From Klebsormidium nitens (Eukaryota; Plantae; Klebsormidiophyceae), in the NCBI GenBank assembly GCA_000708835.1, contig DF237430.1:6669-70668 (forward strand): a DNA stretch of 64,000 nucleotides. Reading direction: 5' to 3'. This document shows, one piece after another, positions 1 through 12,800 of this stretch; position 1 is the stretch's first letter; the number at the start of each line of letters is the position of its first letter. Made by a program: the position numbers and the translations under genes. Below the pieces are notes generated by a model. It made no database searches. It was not told the origin of the DNA and saw only the letters and a program-made list of their open reading frames with translations.

Positions 1-3000
1 AACCTTTTAAGTGCCCATTTACGGAGCTCCGTCGATTGATTCAATTTGCGGTCCACGTTTTCAAGCTTTGCCTGCAATGGGAAAACCAAGCCTCGAATTA
101 TACGAAGTACCAAACGGGGAGCCCTCCGGCGGCGCTCGTAAACAAGGGGCCTCACCTTGGCAAAGCCGAAGTCGCCGAGCTTGATGTAGCCGTCTCGGTC
201 CAGCATGACGTTCTCGGGCTTGAGGTCCCGGTAGACGATGCTGTTGCCATGCAGGTACTCCAGGGCCAGCACCAGGCACGCCGTGTAGAAGCGGCACATC
301 GGCTCTTTCATGCCCTGCCACCCGCAGATTAAGATCAGTCAGCTATCGACTCGTTGAGTAGGCCAACACAGCCTCTTCTCTCGCAGGCACGCGCATTATT
401 TACGGGAGGCGGAAAAGCAGGACACTGATCGGGTCTCAGCGAACCACGAACGACATTTATGACACTTCCTCGGCAGGCCGAGTACCGCTGGCTTCGTTAC
501 GGCGCAGCAGCGATTGGGCAAGTGGCATTTGCGAGTAACGAAGCGGACAGGAAAGTGTTTATGCTGTGGGGGCTTACCTGCAAGACGTCCACTTTGGGGC
601 TAAGGCACCACATGCCCAACCGCATTGACTTGACCTCCGCGCAGGCCACGAGAGAGTCCATCAGGTCACCGCCCGGCAAATAATCCAAGAGCAAGTAGCT
701 GCACGGAACGGAAGGATAAAGGTTCAAACGACGTTGGCTCTCCTCTTTCTCTAAGGCTTTGCTGTAGACTGATTAAGTGAGTTGGCTTGAACGGTTGACC
801 ATAAAGAGCAACAGCCGTCCGAAGTTGGTCCGTGTCTCAATCAGGGTCTGGCTAGAGTCAATCAAGTCATGCCCCGGTCTGAACATTCATGCTGTACTTT
901 GAGAATACAGAGAGCTACATCTCTCTCCACAAGGGTTTGTTTGTCTCGGGTCCAGCTCTTCACCGATTCGATCGGGGTGTGCAGGCGGCGCGGCGCGCTC
1001 ACAGGTATTTGGAGTCCTGGAAGGAGGCGTACTGCTTGACGACGAAGGGGTTCTCGATGAGGCGCGTGATGTGCTGCTCGCAGAAGACGTGCTCGCTGCA
1101 GCCCATCAGGTCCGTCTTGCGCATCTTCTTCAACGCGTACTCGCGCCGCGTGCTCTCGTCCCGCACGTGGTACACCTGGGCGCAAGCAGAGGCACAGCCG
1201 CCAGGTTGTAAGTGAGAGGGGCGCTAACGTGTAGTCTGTTCAGTCGAGTAAGATCTCGGGCTTTGTCACTAGCTCATGGAAATGGACCGTTTTGCGACTT
1301 GTGACGCCCTTATTTTTCTGCAGATTCCGCCGTCCCTTTCGAGCGCGGTAAAACGTCTCGCAAGGCTGCTTGAGCGAACCCCTAGAAGATCCAGTATACG
1401 TGAGACATGCTTCGAGCAGCTCCAGCACGGACTTGTTTCTCCTCGAGCACGTCTTTTGAGACGTGCTCGAGAAGCTGCGACACCCCTTAAAAGTGACCGC
1501 AGAAAAAAGGATTCTTGCTTGGAACCCCTACAGTCAGCGCCAAGGTTTACGCGGCCGCGAGCGCGCTCTCACCACGCTGAACGCCCCGCTGCCCAGCTTC
1601 TCCAGCTCCACCAGGTGCTTCAGCGACACCTGGTGCGCGTCCGCCTTGGCGGGCTCCTCCAGCTTCTCCGACCGGGACGGGTCCTGCATAAAGAAAGCGG
1701 ATCCGTGAAATTCAGTCCAGAGGTGAGACCGGAGCCAGGATTGTGTTGGATGCTTTCCTGCCGGGCGAGAAATGTCAAAGTTGACGACATACCTGAAGGA
1801 ACCATCATTGAGGCCTGCATCTTTTTGAATGTCCGCAACGAGCTTGTTTCCGCTTTGACTATGTAGCGAAGCAAGATTTGACGTGGGCGACATCAAGCGA
1901 CATCAAGCTGGGAAGTGGTCGCCACAAGACAAACGCGTTGCTCCTTCGACTCTGTCCGTCTCGTTCTCGTTTCTGCTGAATCGCGGGGACGGAGCTTGCT
2001 CGCGCGCTCACCATGTCGATCTTCTCCCGGACCATGAGATTCTGGAGAGGGCCCAGGACCTCGACAAACACGTTGCGCTTGAGCGTCAGGCAGGTGAGGG
2101 GCGACGTCCCGGACGCGATCACGGTGGCCGTGCGCGGCTCCGACGTGAAGAGCGCGCGCTCGCCAAAGAAGTCCGCCTTGTACAGGTGGTTCACCTGAAG
2201 CCACCCATAGCACCGATTCTCATTTTCACCCCGGTCAAATGTTTCCCCGTTAATGGAATCAGCAGAGTCGACCTCAAAAACGCGCCTCGAAGTCATTGAG
2301 CATCTGACGTAAACGCTCCTCGCATGCACGTCAACGGAGGCGAGGTAGGTTGCGTTGGGGGCAGGTGCTGTCTTTCAATAGCGCAGCTCTGGGCTGCGAT
2401 TGAAACGCTTTTTGAGGAGCTGCGCACTCTCTATTGCGGAGCTACGTACCTTTTGCTGGGCCCCTCTTTGGCCGGACGCGGAGCTCTTGCTCACTGTGAC
2501 GATGCCCTCTCCTGCTTTAATGATGTAGAACAGCTCGCCCTTCTCGCCTTCGCGGATGACCGTCTCGCCGGGGTTGTACGAGATCTGCACGGACACGAAC
2601 CTTTTACAACCAGTCTAACGGCTTGATGGGAAAGTCTTCGAACAACCCCAAGAAAGCCTGGCATATTCTTTGTACTCGCGTTGGGGCGCCTTGAAGCATA
2701 TCGACCGTCCTGGGCTCATTGCTGACCTGCCTATTCACGTTGAGGAGCCTCATTTTCCTATGAATAACATCCTATCTGTCCTCGAATTTCTTCTGGAGAA
2801 GGTCGGGAGAGGGAGAAACAGGGCTCCGACGCCAAAAGAACTATCCAGGTAAGCGAAACGATCTGATCTTTTCCGGAGTCCCTAGCTAGCCAGCCCCTGC
2901 TGCCCACCTCTTCCATGGCGTCCGCCAGGCGCAGCCTCTCGGCGCGGCTGAGCGTTGCGAGCACGGGCACGCTGTCCAGGAAGCGCATGATCTCCTCCAC

Positions 3001-4380
3001 CTGCGCGGCCGACACCTCGCGCAGGATCTGGCGCAGCGTGCTGCGGTCCAGCACCCACACCACGGCGTTGCTCAGCGCCGTAAGCGTAGCCGCGCGCGGC
3101 GTGCTGTACATGAGCGCCAGCTCGCCGAAGTAGTCCCCGGGGCCCTTTGTGACGATGCGCTTCTGGACGCCGTGCACGTCCTTGGTGATCTAGGGCACGG
3201 AAGAGAGAGGTGAGGGGTGCAGCACGGGCGTCGAAACGGCTACGCTCCAAGTCTCTAATGGATTACCGTTGTCTGTGTGTTCTCGTGTATTGTTTGGAGT
3301 CTAGCTCTGGTGACTTCGTCCGATCCAATTTCGGATGCGTTAGTATTCAGATTCCCGGTTGCTCAATTCACAGAAGCGGCCAAAGACTAGCGTCACTTTG
3401 AAACATCAAGTGCGACTTCGCTGGAAAGCTTTTCGGCCCGTTTCCTGTGCGCTTCACAGGGGCCGGTTGAGCACCACTACATGTCAGAAATACACGGTCT
3501 GTTGGAGAATGTGTCGCTCCCAACGTGTTTCAGAAGCATCAGTCAAGCAGCCTTTGGTTATCACTCCAATGCTGCTTATAGCCCTCAGTTTTAGATAACA
3601 GAAGAGGCTTTGAGCCCTTAGGGGCTGCCTTCACTGCGTGTCAACCGTGCTGCCTAAGCTCAGTGTATCAGCTCACCTCGAAGTGCCCGCTTTTGACAAC
3701 GTACATCTCATCTGCATCAGCTCCTGAGTCGCCCTCCCGGATGAGGACCTCACCTCGTTTCACTTCTTTCTCGTACATGCGACTCAGCACCTGCACAATG
3801 ACGGAATCGTTGTCTCAATCTTTCCTACCTCCCCTGGGGTCATAATCAGCTTGCATGCTCGGTGGAACGGTTCGGTTGGAAGGGGGCAGCTTGGTTCCAA
3901 GAAGCAGGGTTTGCTACAGCACCAGCACTGCAACTAGTGTGCGCGCATCCACTTCCACCCACTGTCTGGTTGTGTGTGACCAGCCTAAAACCAGAGTTTC
4001 ACTCAGAAGCTGGAACTCACCTGTAGCTGCTGCGTGTTTGCCAGCCTGGTAAAGAGAATGTTAGACGACAGAGCAGCCTCAATGGCAGGGAAGTCGTTCG
4101 GTTGGGCATTGAGCCGCTGCTCCGACTCCCTCTTTGCTTCCCTCCGCCCTTCTGTGACGGCCTTTTGCCTGGCGGGGTGGCCATAGTCTCTGTCCCGGCT
4201 TGCATCTGCCGCCACAATCTCCCGCACGCTGATGTTGTTCCCCATGTTGGGAGTGATGTAAAGTGCACCGTCTCTAATCTCAATGTAAGCACTTGGGCTG
4301 TCCTGATCTCTGGTGGAGTTATCGTCTTGTGTGCCGGGAAAGATCTGGAGGCAGCCACTCCGAAAGTCGATTCGGACCAT
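1..4380 (-). CDS. PKG: Cyclic-nucleotide-dependent protein kinase, PKG architecture (2 CNB domains + AGC kinase); multi-exon, 3' part beyond window start, 5' end uncertain
   Basis: Spliced exons give CNB-A (VLIREGDSG...[16 protein letters not shown]) and CNB-B ([14 protein letters not shown]...[16 protein letters not shown]). Kinase motifs follow: Gly loop LGSGAFSVV (~1570-1600), YALKKM, and catalytic YRDLKPEN plus DFGFAK (exon ~155-316). An acceptor near 4344 and a candidate exon at ~4534-4590 (SDHECESFECYEKEIYKK) suggest the true start lies upstream of 4380. Confidence 0.9.
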
Positions 4381-5311
4381 GAAGATTTAAGTCAGGGGAG
4401 CAGTGTCTACCCCTGTTGACTACCACCAGAATAAACACGCTGAGTGCGCGGTGGCTATCTTCGGCTGCTCTCATTCCTAAAAGTCCAACTCAAGCCGAAT
4501 GCGATCTACGTATATGTAGACGTATACCTTCTTGTATATCTCCTTCTCATAGCATTCAAAGGATTCGCACTCGTGGTCAGAAGCTGTTCATGTAATGCGG
4601 CATGCTTCCTCCCAGAACGTGGCCGTCTTCTGATTTCTCTGCAACGAGCCTGCCTCCTGCTATTCGAGTGCAAAGGGCCAATGGAATCCAGTTAGAACCA
4701 CCTCTCATTCTACTCAGTGCGGCGCCTCAGTGCTTTTCAAAGCTGGCCGTCTCCAAAATGGCGCAATGATGACGCCATGCTGCTGAAGGATACATCCATG
4801 TGCTTATGCCCGACTGACTTTTCGACCTCTACTACTAGCTTTTCGGTAATCAATAGAGCGCTTACTATGTTACTAGGCTTGCCGCCGACCGTGGACAGCC
4901 TGGAGAGCTTCTAATCCGAGCTTGTTCCAGTAGGGTACTCAACGATGAAGTCTGATGAAGTCCCCCAAACTGTGACGCTACTTAGGCAGACTTTCACTCC
5001 AGTATGTACGCAGTCTGAAGTAGTGATATGAACTCCATGTTGGTAGGTCAAGGAGGGCTCCGAGTCCGGATAGGTACACTGGTCTGAGCCCGGCCGAACT
5101 GAGCCAGCTACTACCTGAATTTACGCGCGCGGATGTTTGATGAAAAGTGTCATCAACGGCTCAGAACTGAGGCCCTAAGTATGATCCACTGGTTTAAGCT
5201 CCAGATCAATCGGCCCGCGCGCGCTGGCAAACATTGCACGCGGCCAGGGTGTGTTACTTAGGCCGCTTCACATGGGAGATGAGGATGCGTACGAGGATTA
5301 GTAATCACCTA

Positions 5312-5505
5312 CCGGACCGTCCTGCAGTTGATTTCGGCCAAAAAAATAATTACCTGCCCTGCCGAAATTCGCTGGAAAATATGTTGAAGCGATAAAGGTC
5401 GATAACGGATATTTTTAGCAGGTAACGCTAGGTCTGCCGAAAGGATTGAAAGTTTCATAAGTAATCAATCGGCGTCGAACCTGCCGAAATCAAATGCAGA
5501 TACGG
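5312..5505. mobile_element. MITE-like element A (imperfect TIRs, TA flanks)
   Basis: Left end CCG(GACCG)TCCTGCAGTTGATTTCGGC versus reverse complement of right end CCGTATCTGCATTTGATTTCGGC. TA at 5310-5311 and 5506-5507. Internal GCCGAAA repeats; no ORF. Confidence 0.6.
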
Positions 5506-5522
5506 TAGTAAGGACCGTACTA

Positions 5523-5813
5523 CCGTAGTCCAACGTGATGATTCCGAACGATTTTAATTTCGAATTATTTTCCGACAATCCGACCAGGAAAGCGGATTTA
5601 TTTATGCTGAATCCGACAACAATCCGAATGCCCTATGTTCTCACTTGGAAGATGATTTTCAGGGGTATTTTGGCCATTTTGGGGCTTCCTAGGGACATTC
5701 CAGAATTATATTACCTTTCCGAATCTCCACTTTCCGAACGGGAAATTTGAATTTCTGACTTTCCGAATGCAGATAATTATTTATTTATTCGGAATCATTA
5801 CCTTGGACTACGG
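5523..5813. mobile_element. MITE-like element B, Tc1/mariner-type (TA target duplication)
   Basis: Left TA-CCGTAGTCCAACGTGATGATTCCGAA versus reverse complement of right end TA-CCGTAGTCCAAGGTAATGATTCCGAA: 26-bp TIR with 2 mismatches. TA at 5521-5522 and 5814-5815. AT-rich interior with TCCGAA/TCCGAC repeats. Confidence 0.8.
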
Positions 5814-6865
5814 TAATACCAATCTGGTGTAGATTTGTACTGCCTGCCTGTGCAGTATCTAATGTGCATCGTCGCCAAAATGCTGACGCAGAAGCAGCAT
5901 CACAAAGCGCTTCAGATGCACGGTCAGGAATCAGAATCCTGAGTCCAAAATCATTGGCCTTGGTTTGATTACTAGCCCGCTATGACGAGCTACTGTAGTG
6001 ACGGTTGCTTCCTCGCACTTTTCGCAATGATGGCACCATTGTGAATCTGGATAAGGTGGATACCTACACTACCTAAGATACCGTAGTCTGGATGCTGCCT
6101 CAGAAGAAAAGTTTATTCGACCCCACCGCTGGCACTTCACCGCGTCTTCCTGTTCCTTTTCTTGTTTCATACCCACCGTTGCAGCTTTCGTAGGAGCTGG
6201 CAACTTGTGCCAGCTGACGACTTACGTGTTTAGAAGGAGCTGGCGGCAAGCTTGCCTTCCTTTGGCGGTATATGACTGCTGAACTCAAAGCATCACGTGT
6301 GTATATTTCTACCCGATAATCTCTAGATGTAAGTAACTGAGCTGCCACTTACCATGTGGATTCAGCTTTGACAACTTACTGGGAGAAACACTGAGCCGAT
6401 ATGGGGGAGGAGAGACAAGGTCTACCGGGAGCGGCAGATCCAGCTTCTGAAGTGACCTTTTCAAGCAGTTGGTATAGCTCATCAAGCGATATATGGAGCT
6501 TTGAACCAATGGACAGGAGATTGCAGTGGTAATCTTCGTTACTGGCAGTCAGCATCCCCACTAGCTTCAAGTATTAAGCAGCAATCTACTTCCTGTAGCT
6601 TCTGAATAGCATTGCTGGCATGCTAAGAGTGTGTGCAGTGGCATCATTGGATCATTAGTCACAGCACAAAGCTGGGATTGTCGTTAGGCAGGGCATTTGA
6701 GTTGAATAGTTGGCTCGTGGCTGCACATTTCCAGACGCACAATGTTGAGCCATCTGAGAGCAAAGGAGCATAGGGCTCTGTTGCAAGCAGAAGAGCGAAC
6801 TTCATGCAGCTATGTAGGTTTGACTTGTTGATGCTACAAAGTTCTCATCCAAGCGCCGAGCTGGC

Positions 6866-9800
6866 ATGATGCCATCGATCCAGCAGGGTGCTGATGATAT
6901 TGCCGCAAGTGTGCGGGCCAGCAGCACTTTGAGGGATCAACCCTCTGAGTTATTCCGGACGACCATAAATGGTCAGGTATTTGGAAGCTCTAGGGCTCTG
7001 CCTTCACTTTCTCCAGTTTCAACCCCTCAGAATAAATCAGTGCGAGGATTCGACACCCCATCAACAAGTCCCAGGCAAGAAAAAGACCCTACTTTACATG
7101 GTGATGATGACGGCAAAAGGAGCGGGCCAGAGCTTCCCAGCAAGATGCAGCACCCAGCGGTTGCACGAGACCACCCTCCAGCTTCAGTGCAACCGCTTCA
7201 AGAGGGAGGAGGCACTGCCCATCCTTTTGCCCTGGAACCCCAATCGGACGGTAGGTTTCTTCAAGTGGTTGTACATCTGCTTGCAGACCTTAGCATAGTG
7301 CTGATCACGTTTCTAACTTTGAGATTCTGAAGCAAGCTCTGGGGTAAACTTTGAAATAGCTGAAGCTTGCACTCTCTACACAAATCTCAAAGCTTTTCCA
7401 GAGATGCTGATGAGTTACATGTCCATTTCATTCACCAATGGCCCGTCAACTGCAGGCGGATACATTGTGGCCCTCTTCAATCACAGAGGATAACATGGAC
7501 CTTGAAAGCTTATTGTAATCTGCATCCATTTTAGCTGCCAAACCAGAGACTCCTGTCACAGGACCTCGACCATTTTTGTAATACATGGTTCATTGCCACA
7601 CACTCAGCTCTGCAATCAGCAAAGATCTACTGTGCATAAGCAACTTGGTTTCTAAATCTGCTCTACTCTCAAATACTCCTCAATACCGGACGCCTTTGCA
7701 ATGCTAAACTTCTGTCTTTGTATCCTGCAGCTGGAAGCAGTCCCAGCTCTCGCCCTGGCAGACTCGTGCTTCCTAAGATCGCTGCGATTGGGGATGCAAA
7801 TCTCAGGCCGCTGCAGGTGGTTGAAAGTGGAGAAAACGGAGAAAGGTTGGGCGATAGGACAGTGCAGCCTCCATTGGGGAAGGAGTCGGAGCACAAACGT
7901 GACCATGCAGGGGCCCATCCTCAGGATGATCTAGTTCAATTAAGCCCGGTACAAAAGACGGAGCTTGTGAGGCCGTCCAAAATATGGAGGTTTACCTCCC
8001 TTCCAAGCAGAGTCAACCCCACAGCACTTACTGACGAGGAAGGTACGACCTTTTCTCGCCAAGAGGCTGGGCCCAACAGAAAAACGGAGGCATTGATCAT
8101 ACGCTCCCAACGTCGCTTGTCGTCGGAATGTTTCTTTTCAGGCCCGTTCCTCTGCAGGCAATCGAGAAGGACATTTATTGCACGTCGATTGGAGGTACTC
8201 AGTTGCTTGTTCTGAAACAACAAAGACGTCAAGATCAAATCTTTTCTCCACGTTATCAAATCTGCAGAAGACGGCCAGGGTACGGACCCCTATTCCCCGG
8301 ACTCGCCAGCAGAGAAGCGCAGGATGCAAGTGAAGAAATTCAGCTTGGAAAAGTTCAAAGCGGCGAGTCCGCAAGGAGTGGTAAGCTTCAGCTGTACTCT
8401 TGAAGTCATGAATCAGCAGGTTATGGTCCTGAGCACTGGCAGACTGCGATTGCGGCAAAAGTCGTTGACATCACGAGTTACCAGCTCACTTCCTGTTTAC
8501 TTGCTGTCATGCGACAAGGGTCATTCACATTTGATCAGTGTCATACTGGAGAATCTCGCCTTCCAGGTGATGATGCGCAACATGACAAGGGCGAAAACTC
8601 ACAACCGAAAAATTCTGCAAGGTATGTGTTCGCTCTCCCTACAAGAGGTCCACTTGGCGAGGGAATAACGTCGATTGAGCTTCACTATCCTGACATATAA
8701 GTCGAAGCGTGCCTTGCCGATTAGCTTCATTGCTTTCATTCTCGGTGGTGCAGCTTAGCCATGACAGCGTATCAACGGTGCTTTATCGCAGAAGATGCAA
8801 TCAGCTTATCGTGCCAGTTTCACAAAAACATATGCTGACTATCTTCATTCACTATCCCTCTTGGCAGGTATCCCCGAATTCCAATCTGCGGTTTCAGACT
8901 CCAAGCGGAAAAGCAAGCGGACTGAGCCAAGTGCTGAGGTCAGGACCTCAAACCCAAAGCCACAACTTTTGCAAAGTGTGCCCACGCTGTGTTTCATGCC
9001 TATCATTCGCATGTATTAAAGCGGACAGTGCTTGCTTACGAGTCCCAGGCGGTGTCAGCTTGCACGAGCGGGGCCGATCGCCTGGCCATATTGAACACAA
9101 TGCTTTCTGTTTGAACGTCAACACGCGCAGTTCAAGATGACAATCTTTCGGTCGTGCAGGCTAGAAGGTCCTGGCTTCATCAGTACATCTATCGCATCTC
9201 CGATAGCGCAATCTTGGTGGTGTTCTTTACCATATTGACGGTGTACTCTCTGCTGGGGGACGACTTCCGCGCTTGGGTCTGCCCTAAGAGTTCTGATGCA
9301 GCTTTTCACTGGATGACGGGCTTCTGCCTGGTGATGTTCTCCCTTGAGATAAGTGAGTGGATCGACCTTCCACCACCTGCTCACATAATTCATGGTTCAA
9401 TTGGAACCTAGTCTTGTTTGTTTGTCGGAACAGGCAGCAACTGTCACTGCAAAATAGAAAGGGCTCCGTCTTCTTACGTTTGAAATGCCCTGGACCCGCC
9501 GCTGAACACCGCACCGTCCGCTTTCACACGCATTGGGTCCCTTTCATAGGCTGGCAGCTACAACAATTGTTCATATTTTGATAGATCGACTCGAGTGCAG
9601 GCATCGAATCTGCTCCCCATCGAATGCCCTCCTGCTTAGACCTACTTTTCAAAGACTTTGACGAAATCCACCAGGTCCTCCGTCTGCCAGCTCTCTTGAC
9701 CCTTGTTCGTGGCGAGTTTGCCAAGCTACGGTTGCCAATTTTCGCAAAGCTACCCCGAGCGTACGGCCCACAAATCTCGGCCTTTATTTCTCGGTGAACT

Positions 9801-12800
9801 TTCTACCTCGGTCTTCAGAACTGCCACCATGTCGGTCTTGTTTGGGACCACTTTCCGCGCTCGCAAGCACGAAATGTTTCAACGCACGAATTTTGTGCAC
9901 CGCAAGAAGCACTCACCAAACATCCCCGCCTTGCTCCATCGCAGTGATGAACTCCATCGTCGTCCCCCGATACTTCCTGGGGTTCTACTTCTTCCTGGAC
10001 CTCATCTCAACCGCGTCCTTACTTCTGGACATCCCGGCGGTGGCGGACGCGATCCTGGGGTATGGCGCAAGTGAGTCGCGTGAGTGAACAGGGCCCAGAG
10101 CATTCTGTTCCACTCGCCTGCTTGCTGTCTCTTCCAGTCGATGTGACTCGCAGCAGGTTCTGATCATGTTGGAATCAGAGGGGGACCGTAAGTATACAGT
10201 CAGTCCCGAGGCAGTATCTTGTTGCGATTGCGGTTTCCTCGCGGAATTCTTCGGCTCCGAGGACATGCCTCACTTGACTCTTTATTCGTAACACTTCGCA
10301 CCGACTAAGATTATCTGTTGCACTTGCCAGATAATCCTGCGACGATCTTGAGAGCTGGACGTGCCTCGAGGGCGGGAGCGAAGGCAGGTCGGATCATACG
10401 GATCATCAGGCTCGTTCGGTTGGTGGATGTCCAAAAGGCAGTTCACAAAAACTCGGAAAGCAAACATCAGAAAGAGAAAGCAAAGGTGAGCATCTATGCA
10501 CCCGATAATGCTTCAGCCGAAGCTGGCCAGCGTTCCATTGTGCGAGAAACCAATGACGATCGCTGCTTTTGTTGTTTGGAGTTTCTGCTGAAATTCCATT
10601 CATAGACGGGCACCGTTTCCCCTCCAGAAGACTCCCGTTACCATCACACATCACGAGGTTGACTTGCTATTCTGTTTGATGTGTCTCTTCTGTTTTGCAT
10701 AGAACACTAAGTGACAGCACAAGCTTACAGCAATGAGTTCCAATTGTTGTAATGCTGTCACTTCCTTCGTCGATGTCTGGGAAAACCGGCTCGTTGGCCC
10801 CGAGAAAATATAACGGAAACAAGTCCCCTTGGAGTTGCGCTCATACTGTTCTTCGCAGCTCCTCCGACGTTTCGCATCGGTTCATCCTGCTCAGATCCAG
10901 GCGCTTTCCCCTTGTCCGTCGCAGGCCTCGGATCTGGACGTCCTGGATTTGGACACCAAGCAGAGCCGAGTGAGCCACGTGCTGTCCGAGAAAATCACGA
11001 TCCACCTCATCGTCATCGTGCTGCTCATGCTCCTCGGCAGCCACATCTTCTTCGGAGGCCACTTTGGCCACATCCCGGACTTCATGCAGCCGGGCCTTGA
11101 GGTAAGGGAAAAAGCAAAGCTTTTCAGACAAAGGCAACAGTTCTGCTGACCTCCCTGTCGCACGCTGCGCCGCGCGAGTCCATTCTAGGAACTTCGAAGG
11201 TTGTGTGATGAAATTTACTTTGGAGCCTTGCTTCGACTTCCGTTCGTGCTGGCCACTTCTGTTGAAGGTTCTCATTCTATGCAGACCCTCCACGACATGT
11301 ACGTCGATCTCTTGCCGCTGTACGGCAACTTTACGGCCATGAGGAACAGCAGCGTGCCCTTCCAAGTGGTACTGGGGGTCTACAGTCATACCACGAGGCC
11401 CCTCCTCAAACTGGTGAGCCGCAACACAACCAACCTCAGTAACTGTTAGTTCTGTCTTAGAAACATCTGAATTTTCACCTATTCGCTGATCTTGAGTTCT
11501 CAATGGAGTCGCTCGAATTTGAGCAGAGATCTCCTTCTTGACACCCTCTTTCCGGCCCCAGGTATTGAACGGAACCACGGTCCTAGACGATCCGTACCGG
11601 ATCTCCCATTTGCGGCCCAGCAGCGAGATGCATTTGATCACGTACCGAAACAGTGAAGCGGACTTTGACACCAAACAAGATGCCACTCTGGCGGGCCTCC
11701 TGGGATTCTGGCAGTGAGTCTTCATCTATCAACAATTTTCGCCCCGTGTTGAGCAATGGGAACTTATTGTGTAAAAGCGCACATCCTCCCAGAAAATTAC
11801 GCCATGTCCGGCAGATAAATGTGTTGTTCGCGTGGCAATTTTGAACTCAAAGGACCCGACCGTACGGCGCTCACTTCTCGGCTTCTGCTGCCTGCAGGAC
11901 CATTTTTGTGTGCTTCGTTCTCGGTTTGGGTTCCATGCTCTTCAGCAGGGACGCTCATAACATCGTCCTCCTACCCTTGGAGAGAATCATCAAGAGGGTC
12001 AAGGATATTGCGGAGAACCCACTCATGCAGCAGGTAATGCTGGAGTCTTTTATGCTCCTGGTAAGAGGAGCATCATCACATGCGGCTTCCTAAGGAATCA
12101 CACTATGCGTTGAGCTTCTGTTGACAGGCTAGTGACATCCGGGAGCATTATCGTCAAGTGTCCAAGGAGCATGGGTTAGCCAGCGCTATCCATGAAAGCT
12201 TTTAGGCTCTCGATCCGGTTCATTATCCAGAATGATACGTCCATGATGAATGCGCCGAGCGAGACCTCTCTGAGTACTTCGAAGCAGCCAGAAGTTCATG
12301 TGTCTGCTTCATCTCGGTACTGACGGAAGCTTGTGCTGTCGTTCGCAGACTCAGTTCGTTACAACGAGTGGCATCGACGGCACGAGCGCAGAGGTAGAGG
12401 TGAGACCGAAGTGACTGTCTATTGGAGCCTTTTTCCTTTGAAGTTTCATTACGAGACGGCGGGAATGCTTCAGCAGACCGCGCTTAGCTGCTCTTCAACT
12501 CATATCTTCTCTGCTTACCCAGACGCGCGGCTTGGAGGCGTCCATCGGCAAGATCTGCTCGCTGCTGGCCATCGGGTTTGGCGACGCGGGCGCGGAGATC
12601 ATCGGCGAGAACATGAAGAATGGCGGGGACCTGAACCCCATGGTGCCTGGCCGAAAGGTCAACGCTATTTTTGGCTTCTGCGACATCCGGCAATTCACGG
12701 AGACGACAGAAGTGCTCCAAGAGCAGGTGCGACTTGAAGAACGACGACTGTTCCAGGATTCTTGCGCTGTTTGTTTTCGAGAGCCTTTTTGAATGGTGGT

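Noticed and set aside
10841-11725. 294-aa minus-strand ORF
   Set aside because: Antisense shadow across cyclase exons and introns; no recognisable motifs.
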